Below, in pieces: positions 22,504 to 34,120 of a stretch of DNA of 64,000 bases. Where the stretch lies: the NCBI GenBank assembly GCA_044225315.1, contig JBGAIU010000009.1, positions 672 to 64,671 of the forward strand, read 5' to 3'. Made by a program: the position numbers and the translations under genes. The first letter of the stretch is position 1. Each line of letters opens with the position of its first letter. Origin of the DNA: Polynucleobacter sp. (lineage in GTDB: Bacteria; Pseudomonadota; Gammaproteobacteria; Burkholderiales; Burkholderiaceae). The notes under the pieces were generated by a model. The model searched no databases and had not been told where the DNA came from. It was given only the letters and a program-made list of their open reading frames with translations.

Positions 22504-23763
22504 ATGAACGCACCACAAGACCTTCCACAACAACCGGTTCCGATGTTTAGTCCTAAACACTTTCCGGTGTACATAGATTACTCGGCTACAACCCCAATAG
22601 ATCCGAGGGTAGTTGACAAAATGTTGCCTTACTTGCGCGAGCAATTTGGTAACGCGGCTTCTCGTAGTCACGCATATGGCTGGGCTGCTGAAGAGGCGGT
22701 TGAGTGGGCGCGTTCTGAAGTGGCCCAACTAGTTCACGCTGATCCAAGAGAGATTGTTTTTACTAGCGGTGCTACTGAAAGTATTAACTTGGCCTTGAAA
22801 GGTGCTGCCCATTTTTACAAGGATCGCGGTAATCACATCATTACTGTCAAAACAGAACACAAAGCCACATTAGATACTTGCCGCGAATTAGAGCGCGAAG
22901 GTTTTGAAGTGACTTATTTAGATGTATTGCCTAATGGCTTGATTGACTTTGCTCAGCTCGAGACTGCAATAAAGCCAGGCACCATTTTGACATCCGTGAT
23001 GTATGTCAATAATGAGATTGGCGTAGTGCAAGATATTCCTTGCATCGGTGACTTATGCCGTTCTCGTGGCGTGATCTTCCACGTAGATGCAGCCCAAGCG
23101 ACTGGCAAAGTAGAAATCGATCTTGAAAAAATTAAAGTCGATCTCATGAGTTTCTCTGCGCACAAGACTTATGGTCCGAAAGGCATTGGAGCCTTGTTTG
23201 TGCGTCGTAAGCCACGCATTCGTATTGAAGCGCAAATCCACGGTGGTGGACATGAGCGCGGTATGCGTTCTGGCACCCTAGCGGTTCATCAAATTGTGGG
23301 TATGGGTGAAGCGTTCCGTATTGCCCGTATCGAAATGGCTGAAGAGAATAAGCGTATCCGTGCCTTGCGCGATCGCTTGTTGGCTGGTTTAAAAGATATT
23401 GAAGAGGTATATGTGAATGGCGACATGGAAAACCGTGTGCCACATAATCTCAATATCAGCTTTAACTATGTTGAAGGTGAGTCTATGATGATGGCCCTAA
23501 AAGATTTGGCAATCTCATCTGGTTCTGCCTGTACTTCCGCATCATTAGAGCCTTCTTATGTATTGCGCGCTTTAGGTCGCAATGATGAGTTAGCACACAG
23601 CTCGATTCGTTTTACCTTGGGTCGCTTTACTACCCAGGAAGAAGTGGACTTCACAATTAAGTTGGTTAAAGAAAAGATTGCGAAGTTGCGCGAGTTGTCC
23701 CCATTATGGGAAATGTACAAAGATGGAATTGATCTCAGCACCATTCAGTGGGCTGCTCATTAA
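22504..23763 (+). CDS. iscS: cysteine desulfurase IscS
   Basis: [25 protein letters not shown]. Confidence 0.98.
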   Translation: MNAPQDLPQQPVPMFSPKHFPVYIDYSATTPIDPRVVDKMLPYLREQFGNAASRSHAYGWAAEEAVEWARSEVAQLVHADPREIVFTSGATESINLALKGAAHFYKDRGNHIITVKTEHKATLDTCRELEREGFEVTYLDVLPNGLIDFAQLETAIKPGTILTSVMYVNNEIGVVQDIPCIGDLCRSRGVIFHVDAAQATGKVEIDLEKIKVDLMSFSAHKTYGPKGIGALFVRRKPRIRIEAQIHGGGHERGMRSGTLAVHQIVGMGEAFRIARIEMAEENKRIRALRDRLLAGLKDIEEVYVNGDMENRVPHNLNISFNYVEGESMMMALKDLAISSGSACTSASLEPSYVLRALGRNDELAHSSIRFTLGRFTTQEEVDFTIKLVKEKIAKLRELSPLWEMYKDGIDLSTIQWAAH

Positions 23764-23797
23764 AGAAACAAAATAGAGAAATTAAAGAGGAAATACC

Positions 23798-24184
23798 ATG
23801 GCATATAGCGATAAAGTCATCGACCACCATGAAAACCCCCGCAACGTTGGCTCTTTTGAGAAGGGCGATAACAGCGTAGGAACTGGTATGGTTGGCGCCC
23901 CTGCGTGTGGCGACGTGATGAAATTACAAATCCGCGTAAATGATCAAGGCGTTATTGAGGATGCCAAGTTTAAAACCTATGGTTGCGGTTCTGCGATTGC
24001 CTCTTCTTCTTTGGTTACTGAGTGGGTTAAGGGTAAGACTTTGGATCAAGCCCTTGAAATTAAAAATTCTTTAATTGCGGAAGAGTTGGCATTGCCACCT
24101 GTAAAGATTCACTGTTCTATCTTGGCTGAAGATGCTATCAAGGCTGCGGTTGCTGACTACAAAGAAAAGCATCCTGCAAAATAA
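23798..24184 (+). CDS. iscU: Fe-S scaffold IscU
   Basis: GAPACGDVM, GCGSAIASSS, LPPVKIHCS. Confidence 0.98.
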   Translation: MAYSDKVIDHHENPRNVGSFEKGDNSVGTGMVGAPACGDVMKLQIRVNDQGVIEDAKFKTYGCGSAIASSSLVTEWVKGKTLDQALEIKNSLIAEELALPPVKIHCSILAEDAIKAAVADYKEKHPAK

Positions 24185-24224
24185 GTTGAGCAAGAGATAT
24201 TAAAGATTTAATCTGAGATTGATT

Positions 24225-24548
24225 ATGGCAATTACCTTAACTGAAAAAGCTGCAAAGCACGTTAACCGCAACCTAGAGAGGCGCGGCAAAGGTTGTGGCT
24301 TGCGCTTGGGTGTTCGCACCACTGGCTGCTCTGGTTTGGCTTATCAGTTGGAATATGTGGATGAGCCTGCTGCCGAAGATCAAGTATTTGAATCCAATGG
24401 TGTTAAGGTATTTGTAGATCCAAAAAGCTTGGCTTACCTGGATGGAACTGAATTGGATTTTGTGCGCGAGGGTTTGAACGAGGGATTTAAGTTTCAGAAT
24501 CCGAACGTAAAAGATGAGTGTGGTTGTGGCGAATCTTTCCGCGTCTGA
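24225..24548 (+). CDS. iscA: Fe-S assembly protein IscA
   Basis: TTGCSG, CGCGESF. Confidence 0.97.
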   Translation: MAITLTEKAAKHVNRNLERRGKGCGLRLGVRTTGCSGLAYQLEYVDEPAAEDQVFESNGVKVFVDPKSLAYLDGTELDFVREGLNEGFKFQNPNVKDECGCGESFRV

Positions 24549-25053
24549 CGATTACTTTCGATTCTTTGGTCTAAATCAGCAATTCAACATCGACTTGCCT
24601 GCACTCGATCAGGCATATTTAGCGATTCAGAAAGAAGTCCATCCAGATCGCCATGCTCGCGGCAGTGAGGCAGAGCAACGCGTGGCGATGCAAATGGCAA
24701 CCTTAGCTAATACGGCATATCAAACTCTCAAAAATCCAATCCAGCGTGGGCTCTATTTGTGTCAGCTGCATGGTGTGGATGCCAAGTTGGAAACAAATAC
24801 TTCGATGCCAGCTGCCTTTCTAATGAAGCAAATGGAGTGGCGTGAGACTTTAGATGAGCAAGCGGAAGAGTTAACAGAGCTTGAAGCATTAATGGCAGAG
24901 GTAGAGCAATCCAAATCAGATATTTTGGTGGAAATTGCGCAAGCGATTGATGGCGCTAAAAATTATCAGCGTGCCGCCGAGCTTCTTCGGGGTTTATTGT
25001 TTGTCGACAAATTCGAAATTGAGTTGGATGATGCGATTGCCGCACTAATCTAG
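24514..25053 (+). CDS. hscB: co-chaperone HscB
   Basis: J-domain HPD (VHPDRH); start uncertain but lies inside the iscA 3' end. Confidence 0.92.
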   Translation: MSVVVANLSASDDYFRFFGLNQQFNIDLPALDQAYLAIQKEVHPDRHARGSEAEQRVAMQMATLANTAYQTLKNPIQRGLYLCQLHGVDAKLETNTSMPAAFLMKQMEWRETLDEQAEELTELEALMAEVEQSKSDILVEIAQAIDGAKNYQRAAELLRGLLFVDKFEIELDDAIAALI

Positions 25054-25070
25054 CGATACACTGAAATCTT

Positions 25071-26936
25071 ATGGCCTTATTGCAAATATCCGAACCCGGC
25101 AAATCGCTAGCGCCGCATCAACGCCGTATAGCTGTGGGCATTGATTTGGGAACGACAAACTCTTTGGTAGCGATTGTTCGCGATGCGTTACCAAAAGTAT
25201 TGCCGGATGAACAAGGTCGTGAGTTACTACCTTCGGTAGTACGTTACTTGCCTAATGGCAGAACTCAGGTAGGATTCGAAGCGTTAGAGAGTGTAGTAAG
25301 CGATCCAAAAAACACCATCATTTCTGTAAAACGCTTCATGGGTCGTGGCTTAAGCGATGTTGAAAATAGTGAAAGCGCACCATATGACTTTGTAGATCAA
25401 CCTGGCATGCTGAAGTTAAGAACAGTTGCCGGAGATAAAAGCCCTATTGAAGTTTCTGCAGAAATCCTGGCGCGTTTGCGTCAGTTGGCTGAAGATTCCG
25501 TTTCAGAAGATATTGTTGGTGCGGTAATTACTGTGTCAGCTTATTTCGATGATGCGCAACGCCAAGCAACAAAAGATGCCGCTAACTTGGCGGGCATTGA
25601 AGTACTGCGCTTATTAAATGAGCCGACTGCCGCAGCGATTGCTTACGGATTGGATAATGCCTCCGAAGGTGTTTACGCTGTCTACGATCTTGGCGGTGGA
25701 ACTTTTGATATCTCTATCTTGCGAATGAGTAGAGGCGTCTTTGAAGTGCTCTCTACTGGTAGCGATTCGGCATTGGGCGGTGATGACTTTGATCATCGCT
25801 TGTATTGTTGGGTTCTAGAGCAAGCAAAGCTACCGCCTTTATCTGTGCATGACCATCGCACATTGCTGCAGGCTTGTAAGCACGCAAAAGAATTGCTGAG
25901 TCACAACCCATTAGCCCGTGTACATGAAACACTGTCTGACGGAACCGTCGTAAATGTTGGCGTTAGCCAAGCCCAGTTTTTTGAGATTACTCAAAACTTG
26001 GTGACTAAAACATTGATGGCATGCAAGAAGGCATTGCGTGATGCTGGCCTTAAGGCGGAAGATGTCAAAGGCGTTGTCATGGTGGGCGGTTCTACAAGAA
26101 TGCCAAACGTGCAGCGCGCAGTTGGTGAGCTATTTGGCAGCCAGCCATTAAATAATTTGAATCCTGATCAGGTAGTCGCATTAGGTGCTGCAATGCAAGC
26201 TGATTTGTTAGCTGGCAATCAAAGCAAAGATGACGAGTGGTTGTTATTGGATGTAATCCCGCTGTCCCTGGGTTTAGAGACCATGGGCGGTTTGGTGGAA
26301 AAAATCATTCCACGCAATACTCCGATTCCTGTCGCAAGAGCGCAAGACTTTACAACCTTTAAAGATGGTCAGACAGCTCTGGCTATACAGGTAGTGCAGG
26401 GTGAGCGTGAACTTGCTCAAGACTGCCGATCCCTTGGCCGCTTTGAGTTAAGGGGTATTCCACCGATGGCGGCAGGTGCTGCGCGCATACGCGTGACCTT
26501 TCAGGTAGATGCTGATGGGTTGTTGTCTGTTAGCGCCACTGAACAAGGCTCAGGTGTCAAGGCTGCAATTGACATTAAACCTTCTTATGGCTTAACAGAT
26601 GCCGAGATTACTCGAATGCTACAAGATGGCTTTGCCTCTGCCAAGGAGGATTTGCTTGCAAGATCTCTAAGAGAGGAGCAAGTTAGCGCGCAACGCTTGA
26701 TCGATGCCGTACAAGCTGCGTTAGCAAGTGATTGTGATCTCCTAAATCAGGAAGAGCAGTCTGCTATTGATCATGAAATTAAATTACTACAAAAGATTTT
26801 GAACGAAGAGCGCGACAGCGCGATTGTTCGTAAGGCTGTTGATCACGCGGCAAAAGCTACTGATGATTTTGCGCAAAAGCGTATGAATGCCAGCATTCAG
26901 AAAGCATTAGCCGGTAAAAATGTTACCCAGATTTAA
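25071..26936 (+). CDS. hscA: Fe-S assembly chaperone HscA
   Basis: [28 protein letters not shown]; isc operon context. Confidence 0.97.
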   Translation: MALLQISEPGKSLAPHQRRIAVGIDLGTTNSLVAIVRDALPKVLPDEQGRELLPSVVRYLPNGRTQVGFEALESVVSDPKNTIISVKRFMGRGLSDVENSESAPYDFVDQPGMLKLRTVAGDKSPIEVSAEILARLRQLAEDSVSEDIVGAVITVSAYFDDAQRQATKDAANLAGIEVLRLLNEPTAAAIAYGLDNASEGVYAVYDLGGGTFDISILRMSRGVFEVLSTGSDSALGGDDFDHRLYCWVLEQAKLPPLSVHDHRTLLQACKHAKELLSHNPLARVHETLSDGTVVNVGVSQAQFFEITQNLVTKTLMACKKALRDAGLKAEDVKGVVMVGGSTRMPNVQRAVGELFGSQPLNNLNPDQVVALGAAMQADLLAGNQSKDDEWLLLDVIPLSLGLETMGGLVEKIIPRNTPIPVARAQDFTTFKDGQTALAIQVVQGERELAQDCRSLGRFELRGIPPMAAGAARIRVTFQVDADGLLSVSATEQGSGVKAAIDIKPSYGLTDAEITRMLQDGFASAKEDLLARSLREEQVSAQRLIDAVQAALASDCDLLNQEEQSAIDHEIKLLQKILNEERDSAIVRKAVDHAAKATDDFAQKRMNASIQKALAGKNVTQI

Positions 26937-26974
26937 GATAGATAAAACAATAACTAAAAAATTAAGAAGCCATC

Positions 26975-27313
26975 ATGACTCAAATCGTTGTTTTTCCACA
27001 TAGTGAATATTGTCCCGAGGGTGCGGTTGTAGAGGTGTCCCCTGGTACTTCTATTTGCGAGGCTTTGCTAGAAAATGACATTCCGATTGAGCACGCTTGC
27101 GATATGGTCTGTGCTTGCACGACTTGTCACGTGATTGTGAAGGAGGGCTATCAGAGCCTTAATCCTCCCGATGAAAATGAGGAAGATATGCTGGATCGTG
27201 CGTGGGGATTGAGTTCTCAGTCGCGTTTATCTTGCCAAGCCATTGTGGCCAAAGAGGATTTGGTGATCGAAATACCAAAATATTCAATTAACCACGCCAA
27301 AGAAAATCATTGA
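26975..27313 (+). CDS. fdx: ISC system 2Fe-2S ferredoxin
   Basis: HACDMVCACTTCH, SRLSCQ. Confidence 0.96.
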   Translation: MTQIVVFPHSEYCPEGAVVEVSPGTSICEALLENDIPIEHACDMVCACTTCHVIVKEGYQSLNPPDENEEDMLDRAWGLSSQSRLSCQAIVAKEDLVIEIPKYSINHAKENH

Positions 27314-27420
27314 GGCACTAAATTAGTGCGTAATGCTTTATAACTAGGCATCCTCTTTGGGTCTTCGATAAACATGTAGTTAACATGGAGTTGTTGTTCT
27401 GTACCTCCATAAATCTTTTT

Positions 27421-27451
27421 AAGCCATCGGTAACGGTGGCTTTTCTTTTTT
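27421..27451 (+). terminator. intrinsic terminator after the isc operon
   Basis: AAGCCATCG-GTAA-CGGTGGCTT followed by a T tract. Confidence 0.7.
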
Positions 27452-27561
27452 TCGAATTACTTATCCATAGATTTACCTAATGAATTAATCATCTTTCTTA
27501 CTGCATATTTATTGGTTCACATAGACCCATCGACTTCCTAAACTGAATTTGTTTAATTGAA

Positions 27562-27864
27562 ATGGGATTAAAGATGACAGTCTTAATTGTGGGCGGCGAC
27601 CGAATTTCTAGTATTACAAAATATTTGAACCAAAATGGTTACGACAAGATTAAGCATTGGGATGCACGACGTAATGGCGATACTCATCGTTTTATGCTCC
27701 AAAGTACAAGGCTTGTTGTGATTTTGATTAACTTCTTAAATCATGGCATGGCGAGGAAAATTAAACGAGAAGCAGAGCAATTGGGTATACCTATACTCTT
27801 TAGCAAGAATTCTGCGTCTGAGTTGAGTCAGGCGTTTGCAATGGACAAGAATCTTATTCATTGA
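27562..27864 (+). CDS. DUF2325 family protein
   Basis: VLIVGGDRI, HWDAR, FLNHGMARKIKREA. Confidence 0.78.
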   Translation: MGLKMTVLIVGGDRISSITKYLNQNGYDKIKHWDARRNGDTHRFMLQSTRLVVILINFLNHGMARKIKREAEQLGIPILFSKNSASELSQAFAMDKNLIH

Positions 27865-28126
27865 ATAGAAGATATAAAATCACTTTAAAGTGCATGAATC
27901 GACAAAGATTCGCTTGTCGTTTTATTTGATGCTAACTTGAGCAGATGGAGATCTGCTCAAAGCAAAAGCGCTTATCTCGCATCACTATTACTAGGTATTA
28001 CCTTTATAGGATCAACCCTAGTCGTATGGAGATAGACCCTTAGATATGGGCTTTCTAAGCTAATCCCTTATTAGAATCATGGTTTATTTAGTTGTTCCAT
28101 GAGTAGTTCTTTTCAAGGAGAGATGC

Positions 28127-28435
28127 ATGTCTGATGCTGTTGTTACACGCATAGAGGCTAATCCAAAATACCAAGAGCTCAAGCGTAAGCGCAGCACTTT
28201 TGGTTGGGCCCTCTGTATTTTGATGTTTATCGTTTACTACGGTTACATCGCCTTAATCGCTTTTGATAAGCCATTTTTAGCGCAACCTATCGGCGATAGC
28301 GTTATCACCTTGGGAATTCCAATTGGAATGGGTGTAATCGTTTTCACTATTTTGATTACTGGCATTTATGTTCGTAGAGCTAACAATAAGTACGACACAT
28401 TAACTGCAGAGATTTTGAAGGATGCAAACAAATGA
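28127..28435 (+). CDS. DUF485 (YjcH-like) membrane protein
   Basis: [16 protein letters not shown]; overlaps actP start. Confidence 0.88.
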   Translation: MSDAVVTRIEANPKYQELKRKRSTFGWALCILMFIVYYGYIALIAFDKPFLAQPIGDSVITLGIPIGMGVIVFTILITGIYVRRANNKYDTLTAEILKDANK

Positions 28436-30159
28436 CACGTATTCAAAAAATTCTAAGCGCGTTGGTGCTATTCGCTCTTCCTATTTTGGCAATTGCTGCT
28501 GGCGCCGATATGGGCCAAATTGAAAAGCAAGATACCAACTGGGTGGCGATCGGAATGTTTGCTACTTTCGTGGCTGGCACTTTGTACATTACAAAGTGGG
28601 CTGCTACTAAAACTAAATCTGCTGCTGACTTCTATACAGGTGGCGGCGGTATCACTGGTTTCCAAAATGGTTTGGCAATTGCGGGCGACTATATGTCTGC
28701 AGCTTCTTTCTTGGGCATTTCAGCGGCGGTGATGGCTAATGGCTATGACGGCTTGATCTACTCCATTGGATTCTTGGTGGGTTGGCCTGTGATTACCTTC
28801 TTGATGGCAGAGCGTCTGCGCAATCTCGGTAAGTTCACATTTGCTGACGTAGCGGGTTATCGCTTCCAACAAACTCCAATCAGAGCATTTGCTGCTTCTG
28901 GTACTTTAGTTGTTGTAGCTTTTTACTTGATCGCTCAGATGGTTGGTGCTGGTCAATTAATTAAGTTGCTCTTCGGTCTCGAGTACTGGATGGCGGTTGT
29001 GATTGTTGGCTGCTTGATGATGATCTATGTGTTGTTTGGTGGTATGACTGCAACCACTTGGGTTCAAATCATTAAAGCTTGCTTGTTATTAGCAGGCGTT
29101 ACATTCATGGCATTCATGGTGTTGGCTCAATATGGATTTAGTCCAGAAGCATTGTTTGCTAAAGCTGTTGAAGTAAAAACAGCAATTGCTGGTAACGCAG
29201 GCAAAACTCCAGAAGAGGCAGCAAAAGCAGGCTTGAGCATCATGGGTCCAGGCGGCTTCATTAAAGATCCGATTTCTGCAATTTCATTTGGTATGGCTTT
29301 GATGTTTGGTACAGCTGGTTTGCCACACATCTTGATGCGCTTCTTTACCGTACCTGATGCTAAAGAAGCTCGTAAGTCTGTATTGTGGGCAACTACATGG
29401 ATTGGCTACTTCTATATCCTCATCTTCATCATCGGTTTTGGTGCGATCACTTTGGTGTTGACCAACCCTGATATGGCTGATGTTGCTAAAGGTGTTATTA
29501 AAGGCGGTGCTGGTACTGCAAACATGGCAGCTGTATTGGTTGCTAAAACTGTAGGCGGCAACGTGTTCTACGGCTTTATCTCTGCTGTAGCCTTTGCAAC
29601 CATCTTGGCTGTGGTAGCTGGCTTGACATTGTCTGGCGCATCCGCTGTTTCACATGACCTTTATGCAACAGTAATCAAAAAAGGTAATGCTGATAGTGCT
29701 GCTGAGTTGAAAGTATCTCGTTTGACAACCTTGACTTTGGGTGTGATTGCCGTGGTATTAGGAATCGCCTTTGAAAAGCAAAACATCGCTTTCATGGTTT
29801 CCTTAGCCTTCGCAATTGCAGCGTCCGCAAACTTTCCTGTGCTGTTTATGTCAGTGCTTTGGAAGAATTGCACAACCAAAGGTGCGGTTATCGGTGGGTT
29901 CTTGGGCTTGGTATCCTTTGTTGCTTTAACAGTGGTATCACCTTCAGTGTGGGAAGCAGTTTTGGGTAACCCTAAAGGTTCCGCTTTGTTCCCATACTCA
30001 TCACCAGCTTTATTCTCAATCACGATTGGTTTCGTGGGCGTTTGGTTATTCTCTGTATTAGATAACAGCGAGAATGCTAAGAAAGAGCGCGCTTCATTTG
30101 CTGCACAGCAAGTTCGTTCTGAGACTGGTCTTGGTGCCGCAGGAGCTTCTGGTCACTAA
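28432..30159 (+). CDS. actP: cation/acetate symporter (SSS family)
   Basis: [35 protein letters not shown]. Confidence 0.95.
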   Translation: MTRIQKILSALVLFALPILAIAAGADMGQIEKQDTNWVAIGMFATFVAGTLYITKWAATKTKSAADFYTGGGGITGFQNGLAIAGDYMSAASFLGISAAVMANGYDGLIYSIGFLVGWPVITFLMAERLRNLGKFTFADVAGYRFQQTPIRAFAASGTLVVVAFYLIAQMVGAGQLIKLLFGLEYWMAVVIVGCLMMIYVLFGGMTATTWVQIIKACLLLAGVTFMAFMVLAQYGFSPEALFAKAVEVKTAIAGNAGKTPEEAAKAGLSIMGPGGFIKDPISAISFGMALMFGTAGLPHILMRFFTVPDAKEARKSVLWATTWIGYFYILIFIIGFGAITLVLTNPDMADVAKGVIKGGAGTANMAAVLVAKTVGGNVFYGFISAVAFATILAVVAGLTLSGASAVSHDLYATVIKKGNADSAAELKVSRLTTLTLGVIAVVLGIAFEKQNIAFMVSLAFAIAASANFPVLFMSVLWKNCTTKGAVIGGFLGLVSFVALTVVSPSVWEAVLGNPKGSALFPYSSPALFSITIGFVGVWLFSVLDNSENAKKERASFAAQQVRSETGLGAAGASGH

Positions 30160-30182
30160 ACCAAAGCGAAGTTGAAGCTAAT

Positions 30183-30210
30183 AAAAAACCAGGAGCAATC
30201 CTGGTTTTTT
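30183..30210. terminator. bidirectional intrinsic terminator
   Basis: AAAAAACCAGGA-GCAA-TCCTGGTTTTTT between convergent genes. Confidence 0.85.
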
Positions 30211-30865
30211 ATTTTCCGAGTAGTTCTCGTAATTTAATAAATGCCATTCCTGTCATAACTGCATCATTCATCGCATCATGCGCATCCCGCGTGGGAAGAC
30301 CAAGGTCTTTCATTAAAGTATCAAAACGCAAATCAATCATCTGCCCACGTTGGTTTGGTGGCAACTTGGAATTTTTGTACTCATAGTACATTTCGGAAAC
30401 TTTAATCTTTTCTTGAGGTAGTCCTTGTCCAAGCATGGGCCAGATCACCTTATGGAGCATGCCTAAGTCAAACTCTAGGTAATAGCCAACAATAGGACGG
30501 CTACCAATAAAATCCATCAGTTTTGCGGCTGCGATTTCAGGGTCAAGGCCGTTGGCCACATCGAGCTCTCGAAGTCGATGGATCTTAACGCTCTCGGCAG
30601 ATACTTCTTTGTCAGGCTTAACTAAGATTTCAAGACGTTCGCTAGTCATAATCTTATTGCCGACAATTTTGACGGCGCCAATCGAAATAACTTGATCTTT
30701 AGCGATATTTAAGCCGGTTGTTTCGCAATCAATGACTACCCACTTATTAGCAGGTGGCTTGTCAAACATAAACTTATAGCGCTCATCGCCAAGATGAAAG
30801 ATGAGCCACTCACGCCAAATGGAGTGATAGAGCTTATGTATGAAACCAGGTAGAAACTGGCTCAT
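30209..30865 (-). CDS. DEDDh 3'-5' exonuclease (DnaQ-like)
   Basis: IDCETTGL, HDAMNDA; ATGA overlap with the DUF294 gene end. Confidence 0.9.
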   Translation of the reverse strand: MSQFLPGFIHKLYHSIWREWLIFHLGDERYKFMFDKPPANKWVVIDCETTGLNIAKDQVISIGAVKIVGNKIMTSERLEILVKPDKEVSAESVKIHRLRELDVANGLDPEIAAAKLMDFIGSRPIVGYYLEFDLGMLHKVIWPMLGQGLPQEKIKVSEMYYEYKNSKLPPNQRGQMIDLRFDTLMKDLGLPTRDAHDAMNDAVMTGMAFIKLRELLGK

Positions 30866-32680
30866 GCAAACTCAAGGTGAAAGTGTTGACGTAAATACTG
30901 TTTAAAACGCTTCACGACGCTCAAGCTATCATTTAGAAGATCTCGTTCAAGAGTTGATAGTCGACTAAGCTCAATTTCGCCAGAGACTGCTTTGCCTGTT
31001 TTCAGTTCGGCTATACCACTTTTTAGTCGCAACTCCATTAAGAGATGCAAGGATTCAACAACCTCGTTCCCAAGATCCTGGGGAATCTTATGTATCACGC
31101 ACCCGTTCAGCCGTGGAGTTCGAGCGTATGTGATTTTCAAGGGCTAGGGAGCGAATACCATGGGTTATGGCGAAGATGCCCGCTTTTTTAAGATTGATAC
31201 GATTATCCGAGGTATCGCTGCCAAGGGTTAGTAAGCGATTCCACCAGCCAACTTCGGAGGTAAAGCTCTCGATTGCGGCAGCAAAACGCGCCATTAAAAA
31301 TTGATTATCTGTTGCTAATTTAAAGAGATTATGTTTCACACTTTCTAGAAGCGAAGAGTTACCGCTGATCGCATGAGAATCTAAAAAGATAGCTAAATTC
31401 ATGAGGCTATCTGGTGTGGGTTCAAGCAACCAATGCTTTGCAGTCTCAGTAAAGTCTTTTTCCGACATTCGCCAAGCTGGATTATTGACCATAATCTTAC
31501 CTGGGCATTCAGGGTAGCCAAATTGAATTAATGCGGCGGAAAATTGATCGCAACTACTTACCACCTCAGCATTGATTTCATAATCGTTGGCAATAATGAG
31601 GCCATTATCTTGGTCAGTTTTTAGAACTTGCTCGCCCCGACCTTCACTGCCCATCACAAAGAGACAGCTATTTTTCTGTAGTTCTGGACTTGCTATTAAT
31701 GACCAAGCTTTTTCAAAAAGTTTGGCATTTAGCTCTTGAACCAAACGGCCAATCATGGCGACTTTGGTGCCATTGCGGTGTAAAAGAGTAATGAGGTTTG
31801 TGATTTGATTGGCGGCTTCCTTCAAATCATCTAGCGTCTTAGCGCCAAGAATGCCCTGAACAACAAGTGATGAGCTATTGGCTATAAAACTTAATAGATC
31901 GACTTGCTCCAAGGTGCCTATTGGCTGCTCCTCGTTCATCACAATGACGCGATGAACAGAGTGGCGAATCATGATGGCCAATGCTTCATACAAATGATTT
32001 TTAGCCTCAACGGTAATGAGTTTGTAGTTGCTTAAAGGTCCTACCGGCGTTGAATCAAGGGGGAATTTAGCAAGTATGGCGCGTTGCAAACTTGTTGTTG
32101 TAAATATTCCTAATTCCTTATTGCTAACGTCACTACTGCGAACCAATACATTATTCGTCCTTTTGTCGTTGAAAATTTTCACAACATCAAACAAACTGGT
32201 ATCAAAGTCAACGATATAAATTTCTCTCAGAAAAGCCTCGCTTACTTGCGCAAGGCTAAGAGAATTAATTTCATATTGACTGTGTCTTTCGGCTAAAGCA
32301 TTGAGCTTTTTAGAAAGATCGGCAAATAGTAGGGCGCCAAATGTTGCATTGGTCGAGATGAGCTCAGTAACTGTCGACTTGGCTAATTGATAGCTAACCA
32401 CCTCTTCGGAGGCAATAAATTGGCTCGAAACTTTTCCAGCAATGAGTCCACGTCCATCAAAGCAGTCATCAGGGCCATAAGTCGCAACTTCCTCGTCATT
32501 CTCAAGTTGCTGCACATATCCTTTAATGGGAATAAATAAGTGGGTTGGTATTGAACCCACATCTAGAATAATTTCACCTTCTCTGAAGTAGGCGATATCG
32601 ACGCTATTTCGAACTAGATCCTGCTCTTGGCTGTTCAGGCAATCGAAAGAGGATGCTGAGAAATTAAAAGCATTAGGCAT
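30862..32680 (-). pseudogene. cNMP-binding/CBS/DUF294 putative nucleotidyltransferase, frameshifted near 31097
   Basis: MGSEGRGEQ and INLKKAG motifs; main frame stops at TAERVRDT* (31088) while the C-terminus HKIPQDLGNE...LSTLERDLL continues in another frame to 30862. Confidence 0.85.
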
Positions 32681-32740
32681 TCTTTCATTCTATTTCTTTA
32701 AGACTGGGCTGGAAAGAGAGGATTGACCCTGTATCAATAA

Positions 32741-32765
32741 AAAAGCCTCGCATTGCGAGGCTTTT
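32741..32765. terminator. intrinsic terminator after cysN
   Basis: AAAAGCCTCGC-ATT-GCGAGGCTTTT. Confidence 0.75.
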
Positions 32766-32785
32766 GGACTTGCGATTAATTGCAA

Positions 32786-34120
32786 TTATTGGGCAACTGC
32801 CTCTTGAATCATGCCGGCTGCAACTGTGTGATTGGTAGCTTCATCGATCAATACAAAAGCCCCAGTGCGCTGAGATTGATCAAACAAGTCGGCAACAATT
32901 GGTTTTTGCAAAATGAAATCCACTCTTCCAATTTCATTGGTGGATAAGGCATGAACATCACTCGCATGCGATAGGGTTTGAACATCCAATACTTGCTGAA
33001 TATTCTTTACCTTTGCGCCAACAGTATTGGTAGTGTGACGTAAAGCATATTTACGACTCAGAGATAAAGGCTCGGTATCTAGCCAGCAAAGATCTGCTGA
33101 GAGTTGCTTACTCAATACTGGAGGATTACGGTCTTCAGTGCTGATAAATAAGGAGCCGCGCGACACATCGATGTCTTCGGCTAATTGAATGGCAACTGCT
33201 TCGCCAGTTTGAGCTGAATCTACGGCATTGCTGCCCTTGCTATCAGAGCCATTGCCTAAGTAAATTTCAGCAACAGTAGCTTCAGAGCCGCTTGGTAGCA
33301 CGGTAATTTTTTGACCTTTGCGAATGCTGCCTGACTCAATCTCGCCGAGGTAGCCACGGAAGTCATCAGAAGCACTGCCATCTTGACGCGCAACGTATTG
33401 AACGGGGAAGCGTAAAGCGAGCTTCTCAGATTCTGGGCTGGTATCTAAGCTTTCCAACAACTCCAAGAGAGTAGGGCCTTGGTACCAAGGGGTATTCTTA
33501 CTTGGGGTAACGACATTGGCGCCTAGTAGAGCTGAGATCGGAATTAATGTTGGCTTGGGTAGACCAATTTTTTCCGCGAGATCATCAATCGCAACTTTAA
33601 TGGTGTTGAATACTTTTTCATCAAATTCAAACAAGTCCATTTTGTTGATAGCAAACACCACATGGCGTAAGCCGAGCAAATGAACAATTGCTGCGTGACG
33701 TTTTGTCTGGGCCAATAAAGTTGCAGGGCTGGTATTAAGGTCTACGCGAGTGGCATCAACGAGAATCACTGCAACATCAGATTGAGATGCTCCAGTCACT
33801 AAGTTACGAGTGTATTGCTCATGACCAGGCGCATCAGCCACAATAAATTTACGCTTAGGGGTTGCGAAGTAGCGGTAAGCAACGTCAATCGTGATACCTT
33901 GCTCACGCTCAGCCTCTAAGCCATCGGTTAGAAGGGCTAAATCTACGCCAGCGTCTGAGGATGTTACACGGGCATGCTTTGTTTTAGAGAGAGACTCAAG
34001 TTGGTCAACCAGAATAGACTTGGTGTCATAAAGCAAGCGACCAATTAAGGTGCTCTTGCCGTCATTTACGCTACCTGCGGTAATAAAGCGAACCACATTT
34101 TGATGTTGATTGGTTGTCAT
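32786..34120 (-). CDS. cysN: sulfate adenylyltransferase subunit 1
   Basis: AEREQGITIDVAYRYF, DAPGHEQYTRN, NKMD; P-loop reads GSVNDGKS instead of GSVDDGKS. Confidence 0.95.
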   Translation of the reverse strand: MTTNQHQNVVRFITAGSVNDGKSTLIGRLLYDTKSILVDQLESLSKTKHARVTSSDAGVDLALLTDGLEAEREQGITIDVAYRYFATPKRKFIVADAPGHEQYTRNLVTGASQSDVAVILVDATRVDLNTSPATLLAQTKRHAAIVHLLGLRHVVFAINKMDLFEFDEKVFNTIKVAIDDLAEKIGLPKPTLIPISALLGANVVTPSKNTPWYQGPTLLELLESLDTSPESEKLALRFPVQYVARQDGSASDDFRGYLGEIESGSIRKGQKITVLPSGSEATVAEIYLGNGSDSKGSNAVDSAQTGEAVAIQLAEDIDVSRGSLFISTEDRNPPVLSKQLSADLCWLDTEPLSLSRKYALRHTTNTVGAKVKNIQQVLDVQTLSHASDVHALSTNEIGRVDFILQKPIVADLFDQSQRTGAFVLIDEATNHTVAAGMIQEAVAQ

